Origin: Aplysia californica
Taxonomy: Eukaryota
NCBI RefSeq assembly: GCF_000002075.1
Contig: NW_004797340.1
Span: 800,586 to 860,336 of the forward strand
Reading direction: 5' to 3'
DNA: 59,751 bases
Shown here piece by piece: positions 38,468 through 49,300 of this stretch; position 1 is the first letter of the stretch, and every line of letters begins with the position of its first letter. The notes under the pieces are model-generated. The model saw nothing but the letters and a program-made list of their open reading frames with translations, did no database searches and had not been told where the DNA came from. The position numbers were made by a program, and so were the translations under genes.

Positions 38468-39694
38468 ACGAAGTGGCTAGCCGTTTAAGTACGGCTAGAC
38501 TGAGAGTCTAGCCGTACTTAAGTACGGCTAGACTGAGAGTCTAGCCGTAAGTACGGCTAGACTGAGAGTCTAGCCGTACTTAACCCTCGTAGCGCTTCAG
38601 GCGACATAATTCGCCTCCCCTCTCTCACTCCGCTGAGCGCGCGAGGCGACAATAATTGCCAACGGGCGGGCCAGCTCCCAAGCGCGCGAGGCGACTTAGT
38701 TAGGGGAACACCTTATTTTTGGAGCAAATAGCGTCACTTTTAGATGCTATTATTAGTTCTGTAATGGAAAATTTTACTCTAGAATGGTTCAACCAATCAA
38801 AATCAAGGAAAAAATAACCCAGGGGTCAAGGCACTGCGTGCCTTCGTGGGTTCTGTTAGGGATAGACTCTATATAATGTTTATTTAGGTCAATTGCCCAG
38901 TAGCGCTGAACAGTGAATGATTGGTTTAATTAACAGCTTTCCCTTTATTATTTTGAAAACCATACCTCTGGAAAGTGAAGTCTTTTCTGAATTTATAAAT
39001 TGTCTAGGGTTTTGGTGAATGTATGCGTGCATACTGTCAAGATACAAAATGAAACAATAACATTCCCCGCGTGGGCCTCAAACAACCCGGCCAGCGCTCC
39101 GGGGCAGGTCACAAACGGTCAAGGATAAGCGAGCCCGGCACGGAGTACGCTCAGCGCTTCCGGTAAGCGCTACGAGGGTTAAGTACGGCTAGACTGCCAG
39201 TCTAGCCGTACTTAGATCTAGGTTTGGCCCAATCGACTCAAGCCTGTTAAGTACACAGGTCTCATTAGATCTAGATCTAGTAATTATTCAGGTTCAAATA
39301 CATGCAAGTCGGTAAGGCACCTTTTGGTTTTGTCTGAAATACAAATACTTTTGGCATTGCAAACTAAAAATTTCATTTACAATTCAGCCATCAATATTAA
39401 GTACGGCTAGCCTGACAGTCTAGCCGTACTTATCTTAGGCCCTATTAACATTAGAAAACAGGAGGTTTAAAATACATACACTGTCATTAAGGCACCTGGT
39501 TTAGTCTCAAATACAAAATGCTTTAGGTACTGCACACTAAAAATGTATATTTACAATTCAGTAGGCCTATTTTTTGTAAATGGTCAGTCTAGCCATCATA
39601 TTAAGAATAAGTACGGCTAGACTGCGAGTCTAGCCATACTTAAGTACGGCTAGACTGCCAGTCTAGCCGTCATTAAGTACGGCTAGCCTCTTCC
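38468..39694. mobile_element. Foldback-like element built from ~33-bp palindromes
   Basis: Repeated taagtacggctagactgNNagtctagccgtactta hairpins at both ends. Inverted termini gaag(t/a)ggctagccgt. Confidence 0.7.
38584..39178. mobile_element. piggyBac-type MITE nested in a palindromic element
   Basis: Perfect 14-bp TIR ccctcgtagcgctt. TTAA TSD at 38580-38583 and 39179-39182. Confidence 0.9.
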
Positions 39695-40744
39695 CTAATT
39701 AAAACCTCCTAATCACCTAAGCAATGGCCCGGCTGGTGACACCGGTGTGAGTTGTGTGGTAGGGATGGGCAGGTACCGGTACCGGTGATCTTATACTTTA
39801 GCACGTTAAATTCCCAAAGTCTACTAATCCCCGACTCAGACCTTCAAAACTTTGAACTTGGCCGAAAAATGCGCAAACTACCGTAATTTTGTCAGGAACA
39901 GATGGTATAACAAGTATAACAGTGATTTTCTTTCTTCCATCATGATGTTGGAAGCCATTGAGTATAATCTTGATTAGATTTGATAGATCTTGTTTTAAAG
40001 TGGTCGCTCGTTACAGAAAAGGGAATAAAATCAATTGAAGAATTTAATGTGCTAAAGTATAAGATCACCCCGGTACCCAGTAGCGGAATTCCCGGTTCTA
40101 CCATAGGAGGTGTCAGTACCAGCACCTGGCCCCCAGTACCGGCTCTGAGAAGAAGCCAACACCAATGGTTTGGGAAGGAGCCGACACCTAGGACCTAGAC
40201 GCTCAGAGAGTAAGAACATAGGCAGACACCAACGGTTTTTTAACCGGGCCACGGGAAGTGTGTTGTGTGTAGACCTTGGCCTAGCAGCTGTGACGTCAGA
40301 TGCACACTACGCAGCAGGTGACCTTGATGCATGACTTCAGATTCAAAATTGACAATCAAAAACTGGAAGTTTGCTCAAATTTAAATATGGCATCAAATCA
40401 GGTTTCGCTCGAGCCACTTTGCCTATTTTGATACCTTGATTCCGAAAATGAAATCAGTTTTTAGCGGCGATAATTATTTTTTACATTTTGCATGCAGAGT
40501 CTTATCTCACGCGGCAGCAAACTTCAAAGGTATTTTACATCACAGTTCGCCTCTCCAATTCTGACATGTGTGGGGGGGGGGGGATGCCGGCGGCGCTGAT
40601 CGTGGTGTGAGACGCGAGACGCACAATCTGTAACGTCACCTCCTGGTGTCGCTCCCAGTAACGGTGCCGGTACTGGCGGCTAGTGCCGAGAAAGAGTTGA
40701 CACTAGGTTTCGCCGGTACCTCTCAACACTGGTGAGTGGGGCTG

Positions 40745-41130
40745 GTCATCATTCCACTGACTGTAGTGTCTTTAGGCAATTCCCAAAGGGGGGACATATC
40801 TCGTTCAAGCATAGTAGAATTGTAAATGGGCTGACTCATGTCACGCTCATAACTGTGCCTGATCTACAACAGGGAACTGCTGCTTTTTCTTTCCTGATCC
40901 TTACTATTGTCATTTTCCTCTACTTCTTTTGTATGTTTGTCACTCTCTTGTGACCTGCTATTTCCAGGGTGCCTTGATAGTCGAAGCAGACCTTGTGCTG
41001 TTGAAGCTAGAGAGGTGAGCCGTCTAAGTCTGATTCCCTGTAAAGACTTCTCTGTTGACACCCACCCCTTGGCGCTCATATATCACCTTTTATGCAGTTG
41101 CGAGCGCCGTAAAACCCTCGACTATAAAAA
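40745..41130 (+). mobile_element. Longer retroposon family E sharing the same 3' hairpin tail; copies at ~24650-25050 (-) and ~47770-48027 (+)
   Basis: Three homologous copies with variable 5' truncation and the common tail. Confidence 0.75.
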
Positions 41131-41759
41131 AAAAATAAAAATAAACAGCACTCCTGTACATTTGCGGTCTCGTAAGATCTAGCACTAAATCACACCAGCA
41201 AAGACTACTGGATATGGATACTGATTTAAATATTCGGTATCAATGTTTTATCAGTAGATCTAGCCTACAAAATGAGCAGTAAATAAGCACTTACAAGTAT
41301 TTAACAAGGCAAGGGGGGTTTCAGGGGGCTTGTCCCCCTGAATTTGACCATAATTTGATGTTTTGCAATTAGGTTTTATTGGCTAGACTATCTCTTCATA
41401 GCCTCTATGCCTATATGCACCCACATCAAAAAGTAATCGTTTAGAACCAGAAGTAATGGTTGGTGGGGTCAAAATGAGTATATCCCCAAACGGGACTGCA
41501 ATTGTACAGGAGTGCCCATTATACTAGCATCATTTCATTGTGATATTATTTTTAAGAATAGCTTATTATTAAGTTAGGCCTATTATTATTAATATTGTCA
41601 TTTTACGTTAGGCCTACTTAGTTATGTAGTGTAGATTTAATAGAAAGGTAGGCTAATATAAAATATTAATTTTTAATCATCGCGGCGCTGTATCGCTATA
41701 GAAAAGACCAGCAAGTAACTAAACTAAACCAACATCTCATTATTTCCTTCTTCTTGCAG

Positions 41760-41885
41760 CAACGACTTGCAACATGTTGAAAAGTGTATTGAGGATGGGG
41801 CCCTCTCAAAGCTGTTGCAACTCCCATCAACTCTTGATGACTTTTCAGAAGCCAGCCTCATTAGAAGCATGGGATTTTTTCTCAA
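41760..41885 (+). CDS. NOL11: NOL11-like exon A (NDLQHVEKCIEDGALSKLLQLPSTLDDFSEASLIRSMGFFL-K)
   Basis: ttcttgcag| acceptor and |gtaagt donor, phase 2-2, open frame. Resembles the NOL11 helical region. Confidence 0.7.
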
Positions 41886-42150
41886 GTAAGTAGGCCTGTT
41901 TTATTGCCTTGTAAATTGCAAGGTACTGTGTATGGCCTTGAAAACAGCAAATTCACGTAATTTTTGTGTGCCTTTGATGAACGTGTTTCAACAAAATCCA
42001 CACAGAATTGTATTTTTGAATGGACATTAAAGGCATTTGGCCAAAAAAAAGAATTTTTAACGATATTGCCCACCAGGCAGAAAAATTTTGGTTTCTTCAA
42101 TTTCATTATTTTGACGGGGGCCTGATTCCACTGCAATGCCATACATAATG

Positions 42151-42568
42151 TGTGAGGCAGCGTGGTGGAAACAGGCTCTCGTCAATTTTTGGGCATGTAG
42201 AGTCATTGGTATCATCTTAAAGATTGTTCAGTTGTCTTTATTTGGATGAAAAAAATATCCATTTATCTTGAATACAAGGAGGTGGGGGTCACCTGTTTTC
42301 AGAAGTAAAATTAGTGAGAAAATGGCCGCCAAAGATTAGTCATTTCCTTAGCCTAAGAGTCCGTTGTAACTGAAAAATTTGCATTTTTTTGTGCCTTTAA
42401 TCAAGGTTTTTCAGAAAAATTCACTTAGAAATTAGTTCTTTAATGGGCATGAAAGATGTTGAGCCGAAAAACAAAAATTTGATAAAAATTCACAAACCTG
42501 CGGAAAAATGCAAGTTTTATCACTTTGAGTATTTTGACGAGAGCCTAATCCCACCACGCTGCCTCACA
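42151..42568. mobile_element. Same MITE family as 12535-12972, opposite orientation, in a NOL11 intron
   Basis: Same TIRs with reverse-complement internal sequence. Confidence 0.85.
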
Positions 42569-42878
42569 ATTATGTTCTATCAGTTTATATATCCACGTCA
42601 TTCAGGGTGTTGGTAGCTGTTTGTGTGTCCATTATCTTTTGGTTCTTAAGTTTAGCAGGTACGAAGCAAAATCAACAAGACAGGTAACTCTTTTCATCAT
42701 ATTTGAATTTCACATGTTGTTGTTTCAAATATAAAGAATAATACATGCGTGCATACGAAAAGATTCAGGGCCTGAGAATCTGTTCACTATATGCGCATGT
42801 TTCTTAGCTGTGAGCGTGCTTGACTACTGTATTTTTTTTTTTTTTTAGTTAAGTTTGTTGTTCTTTTCTTCAACACAG

Positions 42879-43001
42879 GGCCAGTGAGAAGCAAATTGTC
42901 CTGGCCACCAAAGACTTATCGAATGACGCCATACAGAAAAACCTCTCATGGACCAAGAACAAATCCTCATCCCCTTTCAGTAATAGACGCTGCTATGCAA
43001 T
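42879..43001 (+). CDS. NOL11: NOL11-like exon B (ASEKQIVL...SPFSNRRCYA-I)
   Basis: cacag| acceptor. Ends at the U12-type donor GTATCCTTT. Phase 2-2 is compatible with neighbouring exons. Confidence 0.7.
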
Positions 43002-43546
43002 GTATCCTTTTGGAATGTGCTTTTGTTACTGTTTGTCTTGGTTCAAGATAAGAAGATAAAAATTTTGTAAACATGTTACTTATTTATTGATATAAAAGCA
43101 TCATATTGGTGAGCCCTACCTTGCATTCCTAAACAAAATAACAAATATTGAAATTTTAGCAAGTGTACGGTCGAATGTTAATTCTGCATCTTGAATAGGC
43201 TTTTGCAGAAATCTTGAAAATTGCATTTTAAGTCTGACTTATGTGAGCTTTTTATATCCTATAGTTGAACTCTTCTAATGAGACGTCCTAGTCATGTCAA
43301 ATGTTACTGTACTATGTTGGTAGTTGGAGGGTGCTCTGGTGTGGTTTGCTCCTTCTTTCCTATAAAAAGTTTATCTTCTCTATCTCCCCTCCTTCTTTTT
43401 TTTGTGTTTCTTAAACTCTCTTGTAACACTTCTAATCTTCAGCACTTATATGACCTTATTGTGTAGCAAGTGCCGTAAAACTCTTACTAAAACTAAACTA
43501 AACTTGCTGTACTGTTGTATCTTTATTCTTCCTGACTTGACCTCAG
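43002..43546 (+). other. U12-type (minor spliceosome) GT-AG intron
   Basis: 5' splice site GTATCCTTT. Branch-like TTCCTGAC ~10 nt before the CAG. Confidence 0.75.
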
Positions 43547-43625
43547 AAATATAATGTTGAAACAGCGGTTCAGCCCTCAGTTTTTGCAAGAAGCTGCAAG
43601 ATCTCTTCCTTTTGATTGTGTATTG
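43547..43625 (+). CDS. NOL11: NOL11-like exon C (NIMLKQRFSPQFLQEAARSLPFDCVL)
   Basis: ctcag| acceptor and |gtaag donor, phase 2-0. Confidence 0.72.
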
Positions 43626-43807
43626 GTAAGGCATTTTCCTTTTTTACTGGCTCATATGCTAACATGTTTGTTTATTTTATTTTATTTCAGAATTGCCATT
43701 CAAAATAATATGCTATTTTATATAATTTTGTAGTATTTGTTTACTTCCAGACCTTCAATTGATTTATATGTTTTCTTTCAGAGTATGTAAATGACATAAC
43801 ATAGATA

Positions 43808-44052
43808 TGGTCGCTTTTAAGGACAAGCGGGCTAACCCAGATTTCAGATTTCCAGAAATCTTTACCTACAGCAAAAGTGGGCATTGCCCTATCTGTAGGA
43901 GAAATTTGGTTTCTTTGATGTGTATATTTGTTTGGTTACAGAGAAAACTCTCCTTGTCTTTTGAAGGAACTGAGCAAGGGGCAAAAACTTTACCTTCAAT
44001 TTTCTCAAAACAGCATTTTTCGGGATAGCCCCCTTGTGCTTAAAAGCGACCA
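43808..44052. mobile_element. ~245-bp MITE with TA flanks (Tc1/mariner-type); copies at ~1732-1965, 30131-30375, 32527-32760, 56300-56543
   Basis: TIR tggtcgcttttaag(g/c)acaag, with TA on both sides of this copy. Confidence 0.85.
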
Positions 44053-44537
44053 TATATGAAAGTTAGCTTGAATTTCATGAAGGAAAGTTCACTCCTTGAT
44101 TGCCTGCTTACAATCATGTGGTAAAATTTCTTCATTTGGTTTATTTATGAAAGTGACACATACACGTTGAATTAATGCTGTTATATTCTAAGGGTCAACT
44201 TTTAGGACAAAGATAACACTTTCCACCATCATCAGTTCTCATCATGCCCATAATATGTCTCGGCTTTCTTTCCACGTTAACCTACTGATGATATTGTTGG
44301 ATGTGCAACTCGCAGATAAGATAATATGTACCTTTAGTTTCCTTGAATTTCTTAAAAATAATGGATGACCGATTTAATTATAATGTGTGGTGGGGGGAGG
44401 AAGTACTCATACAAAAATGAGGGGGGAGTTTTTTCTACACATTTTTGTGATGGAGGAAGATGGGTTGTTGTTTTTTTTGGTTGGTTTTTTGTTTTTTTAC
44501 TGTTTGCCTCTCCTGTCACAAAGTTATCTCTCAACAG

Positions 44538-44621
44538 AGCCTGATCAAGTACCTTCACACTGTCCTGTTGTGGCTGCCTGCCGTGCCAAATAAAAATGAG
44601 TCTGCCCCGTCACTTGAACAC
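44538..44621 (+). CDS. NOL11: NOL11-like exon D (SLIKYLHTVLLWLPAVPNKNESAPSLEH)
   Basis: caacag| acceptor and |gtgagg donor, phase 0-0. The KYL...PSL pattern is as recalled for NOL11. Confidence 0.75.
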
Positions 44622-45414
44622 GTGAGGTTTTTTTTTTTCCATTTATTTCTGTAACTGCCTGGACCCAAGAGCACGGTGCACACCTGAGCGTGTGGGTGGT
44701 TGGCGGGTGCTCTCGTGTGGTTTGCTTCTTCTTTCCTATCAAACATCTATCGCCCTTATCTCCCTTTCTTCTTTTTTTATGTTTGTTACTCTCTTGTAAC
44801 ACCTCTAATCTTCTGGCGCTCGTATGACCTTATGCAGTTTGCGAGCGCCGTAAAACCTCTACTGAAACAAACAAAACACCTGAATGTGACTCTCTTTGTC
44901 CTTCTGGCACGGAGCCTGTTAGCACAGGGAAGAGGCAGGGTTCAGAGAGTTAAATGTTTACAGTGCAGTGAAGGGGTTTTGTTTTTTTTGTTTTTGAGGC
45001 ATTTTTTTCCCTCTGCTTCTAATTTTAAGTACTTTTTTGTTTTCAAGTTTCATAAATATTTTGTTTTCTTTGGAGGTAACCTTTTCAACATGTGAGACTG
45101 GACTTCTTTTGAAGACAGTTGAGTGAATCATTTATTCATTTAATCTACTTATATCATCTTTTTTGTGTTGTTGTTTTTGTTGGTGGGTTTTTTTTGGGGG
45201 GAGGGGGTTGTAATCTAGATTTCCATCTGTAGCCATTTTATATATTCACATGGCCTCTACTTTGATCCTTTCAACAGGCAAGTCTCTGACTTTGAATTGG
45301 ACATTAACACCTTAGCTCTTCTTGGTAACATAAACTGTGGCACTAGTTGAGAAAGAATGATAGTGATGATTAAGAAATTATGAATGCCTACTTATGATAG
45401 GAATGGCAAGAATA

Positions 45415-45665
45415 TTTGAAGACTACAGCAGGAAAATGACTGTAGTCACCAACTGAAAATCGTGAAGGTACCAATTCTGAACGTTTGTTGACTCATAACT
45501 GTATTTCTGTTCAACTGTTTGTTGATTATCGTTGTTAGATTTCCTATTCAGCAACACTTAACAATAAACCACCAGTCAAACAAATATGAAGTTCTGAGTC
45601 CCCAAGCTTTTAAAATTGGCACCCTCACAATTTCCAGTTTGTGACTACCGTTGTTTTTCGCGTGT
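45415..45665. mobile_element. MITE; inverted second copy at ~46718-46975
   Basis: gactgtagtcac...gtgactac termini. The internal sequences of the two copies are reverse complements. Confidence 0.75.
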
Positions 45666-45760
45666 AGTTTTCATTTATGAAAATGAGGGAAATGGCTTGA
45701 TGATGTACATGATTGAAAAAAAAATTATTGATTATAATTATATTCATTTTTTCTTTCCAG

Positions 45761-45868
45761 ATAATCGACTGGCTGAACGCCCTCTTAGACAGCCATGTGC
45801 AGCAACTCAAGCTGGCGGAGGACGCCACAGAAGTCGTGCAGACCTTGTACGAGCAGGTCACACTCATG
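45761..45868 (+). CDS. NOL11: NOL11-like exon E (IIDWLNALLDSHVQQLKLAEDATEVVQTLYEQVTLM)
   Basis: Strong acceptor tttttctttccag| and |gtgagt donor. The DWxxxLLD motif is typical of the NOL11 C-terminus. Confidence 0.85.
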
Positions 45869-45907
45869 GTGAGTGCTAGTTTTTGGAGGATCTCGATGCA
45901 TTGGTGA

Positions 45908-46230
45908 TGTTGGTGGCCTAGTGGTTAGGCTACCGGTCTCGTAATCGTGATGTTGCGGGTTTGAATCCCGTCAGGGGCCCATCATTGTGTCTTTGTAAAG
46001 GCACCTTGCACAATTTTTTTCCTCTTCACCCAGGTGGGAATGGGTACCCGGCTAAGGAGGATGAAAGATCTCGTCAGTTTGGTAATGTTGGAGTTCTTAA
46101 CGAGCGGTTTGCACTGAATGCTTTCCAGGAAGCCGAGAGGGTTTCTTGGTGATCTTTGGTCTATCTCCAACAGGACCAGGCCAAATGGAAAAATTCTTGT
46201 AAAGTGTATTCCCAAGGACACAACAATGGA
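45908..46230 (+). mobile_element. tRNA-derived CORE-like SINE; related minus-strand copy with L2-like tail at ~25690-25970
   Basis: A/B boxes, then cacccaggtg..aatgggtacc. The copy at 25.7 kb ends in a tgtaaagcgc...gcgctatataaat tail. Confidence 0.7.
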
Positions 46231-47157
46231 CTCTGCCAAGCCTCAAATCTGTAATCTTACTTATGTTTCCTGCGACCTCCTTGAATTCAAGGAGTCCTTG
46301 AAAACTCCTTGAATTTGCATTCAAGGAAACATCTCCTTGAAAACTCCTTGAATTTGAAAAACCTCCTTGAAAACTCCTTGAATTTCGCCGGATCGGACAT
46401 AAACAAAATTTTTGTCTGAAAATCGAAACTATGATTCCTTTCAGACAAGTGTAAGCCTATTGGGAATAGGCTTTCGGCATGTGTTTGTAGACCAAATCTC
46501 CTTGAATTTCTAAAAATTTCTCCTTGAAATCTCCTTGAATTTGGTGAGGAGTTGATGGCAGGAACCCTGCTTACAATTACAGGTCCATTTGCTGCGTGAC
46601 CACTAGATGACTGACTGATGCCACAATGTGTTTGTAGCTCCCAGGGTTTTGTTTGGGTTTTTTTTTTGTGACTGTTACTCGTGACTGCTCCTGCCTACTT
46701 CATTTCCATATGAAGAGCACTGGGGAAAAACGACTGTAGTCACAAACTGGAAATTATGAGGGTGCCAATTTTAAACGCTTGTGTACCGTACTCATAGCTT
46801 CATGTTTTTTGGACTAGTGGTTTATTGTTCTGTGTTGTTGAATGGGAAATCTAACAACAAAACTCAACCAACAATTGAATAGAAATACAGTTGTGAGTCA
46901 ACAAACCATCAAAATTGGTACCTGCACTATATTCACTTTGTGACTACAGTCTTTTTTCCCCCTGTAGTCTTCATATATAAATTTGTAGCTTGCAGGTTCA
47001 GAGGGCATCAATGATAGGTCGTACCGGTGCTTCTGCCCTTTTTCTCTCTCTCTTATAATTGTTTTCTCCGTATACTAAATGACATGGTTTTCCTAGCTTG
47101 AAAAAAAAAAAGAAAACCAAACAAACTATAGGCACAACCATTTATATTTGTGAAAAT

Positions 47158-47375
47158 TGTGGCTTAGATTTAAATTTGAGACAAATTTTCCTCTGTTTCT
47201 ACAGACAAAATGGCAGCTTAGATTTAAATTGAGACAAATTTTCCTGTTTCTTCAGACAAAATGGCGGCTTAGATTTATATTGAGACAAATTTTCCTCTGT
47301 TTCTTCAGACAAAATGGCAGCTTTGATTTAAATTGAGACAAATTTTCTTCTGTTTCTTCAGACAAAATGGCAGCT
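47158..47375 (+). repeat. ~52-bp tandem repeat x4 spanning the NOL11 last-exon acceptor
   Basis: Unit ttagatttaaattgagacaaattttcctctgtttcttcag|acaaaatggcagc. Confidence 0.92.
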
Positions 47376-47484
47376 GGAGACCAAGGCTTTGCTGGGTGCC
47401 CTGGCAGAACTCAACAGACAAGTGGAGGAACAGCAGCGAAATACCAAAATGGGGAACTATTGCATCGAAGTCATTTCTTTTTGA
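47362..47484 (+). CDS. NOL11: NOL11-like last exon (TKWQLETKALLGALAELNRQVEEQQRNTKMGNYCIEVISF*)
   Basis: The terminal G-x-Y-x-IEV motif matches the recalled NOL11 C-terminus. AATAAA follows at ~47491 and ~47567. Confidence 0.85.
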   Translation, partial: TKWQLETKALLGALAELNRQVEEQQRNTKMGNYCIEVISF

Positions 47485-49044
47485 GGGAGTAATAAATTTA
47501 CAGGAAAAAAACTAACAATTTTGTCACTGCGTTATTTATTTGTTGCTCCTTTGTTGAAGCAGAGACAATAAACAAGTTACGTGGGTTGTTGGCGGGTGCT
47601 CTGGTGTGGTTTGCTTCTTCTTTCCTATCAAACATCTATCGTCCTTACCTCCGCTTCTTCTTTTTTATGTTTGTTACTCTCTTGTAACACCTCTATAATC
47701 TTATGGCGCTCATAGGACCTTATGCAGTTGCGAGCGCTGTAAAACCTCTTCTAAAACTAAACTAAAACTCAATGTCATGCTCATTCTGCTTTCCTCTTCA
47801 TTACTATCGTCATTTTTCTTTTTCTTTTGTAGGTTTGTCACTCTCTTGTGAACTGCTATTTCCCGGATGCCTTGATAGTTGAAGCAGACTTTGTGCTGTT
47901 GAGATTAGAGAGGTGAGCAGAGTAAGTCTGATTCCCTGTTTGGACTTCTCTGTTGACATCCACCCCTTGGCGCTCATATGACCTTATGCTGTTGCGGACG
48001 CTGTAAAACTTTACTAAAACTAAAAAGAATACGGTATTCCTTCGAATATTGATGGCATTAAATGCCAGAAGGTCCTACAACAGGGGAAATCTGTGAAGTA
48101 GAAACAGCGTATTTGTTTCTTATTTTACCCCTCTGTAAATCTGCCCTGCACTCTTATAAATCTCCCACATACTCATACAAACATATTCTACATCTGGAAT
48201 ATGAGAGTCAAATGTGGGTGGTTGGCGGGTGCTCTGGTGTGGTTTGCTCCTTCTTTCCTATCAAACATCTATTGTCATGATCTCTCCTTCTATTTTGTGT
48301 TTGTTACTCTCTTGTAACACCTCTAATCTTCGGCACTCATATGACCTTATTGTGTTGCAAGTGCCGTAAAACTCTTACTTAAACTAAAAACTCTTGTAAA
48401 TCTCTCTCTTACTCATATAAACATATTCTACCCCTGGAATATGAGAGTCAAATGGTATTCTAAAAAAAAAAAACATTTGGTTTATAACACATGCACTTGA
48501 TAATAATTTTGCAAAAATCTACATGCTACATATGAGTACGGGAATAGATCTTCCCTGGTTTTCTATTATATATGGTTAAATAAAACCAGGATGTAGAGAG
48601 GCCTGAGGTTAGTACAGCCAGTGGGTCTATGACACGCAGAGGTCATGACCTTACCAGAGGCATATACATGTATATGCACACGTCACATTGACACAGTATG
48701 ACAGGTAATTAATTGTCAATGCGCACTGTCATTAAATTGATGGCGTTGTCAAGGCACAATATAGGCAAACTCTGAGGTGATTTTGTTTGAGTAAAGAATA
48801 GCACATCGATACAATAATGGTCCTTTAGAGCAAGGAGAAGCATTATATCGATATAAAAACGGTATAATCTTGTGGAAGGTGAAGCACATTGATGCAATAA
48901 TGATTATTTAGCGCAAGGGAAACGCAAGAGAGACAGACAGAAAGCACGGAGAGAAAGAAAGAAAAGAAGACCTCAATGGCTCACTCCAACCACCCACGAA
49001 CACTGGTCCATATATGGCTGTGTTTACCGTCACCTGGTGGTTAT

Positions 49045-49300
49045 TAGAAGAAGGAGCCAAGCAGTAGCAGTAGAAAGGCTACAAAAAGAGTCAGGAGCCC
49101 AGAGGAGGGAGCAAAGGAGTTAAAGGGTTGGGGGCAGAAAGTGGAGACGAAAGCAGATGACAGAACATTGTTAGAGAGCAGAAAAGGGGGTGAAAGGAGA
49201 AAATTTTAGACAATAAAATGTGTCGGTCGCTACCCAGATTCGAACCCGGAACCTTTGAATGAGAGGCGAACACCTTAACCTCTAGGCCACGAGAGCCCCC
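49045..49300 (-). mobile_element. SINE family A, 5' half
   Basis: tRNA-like head plus part of the body. Confidence 0.85.

Noticed and set aside
37838-40252. Duplicated 60-86 aa ORFs
   Set aside because: No recognisable homology or splice structure. Their conservation merely reflects the near-identical duplication.
42659-42683. Possible 25-nt NOL11 micro-exon (cag|gtac...cag|gtaac)
   Set aside because: It would break the frame. Exons 41885 and 42879 already join in phase.
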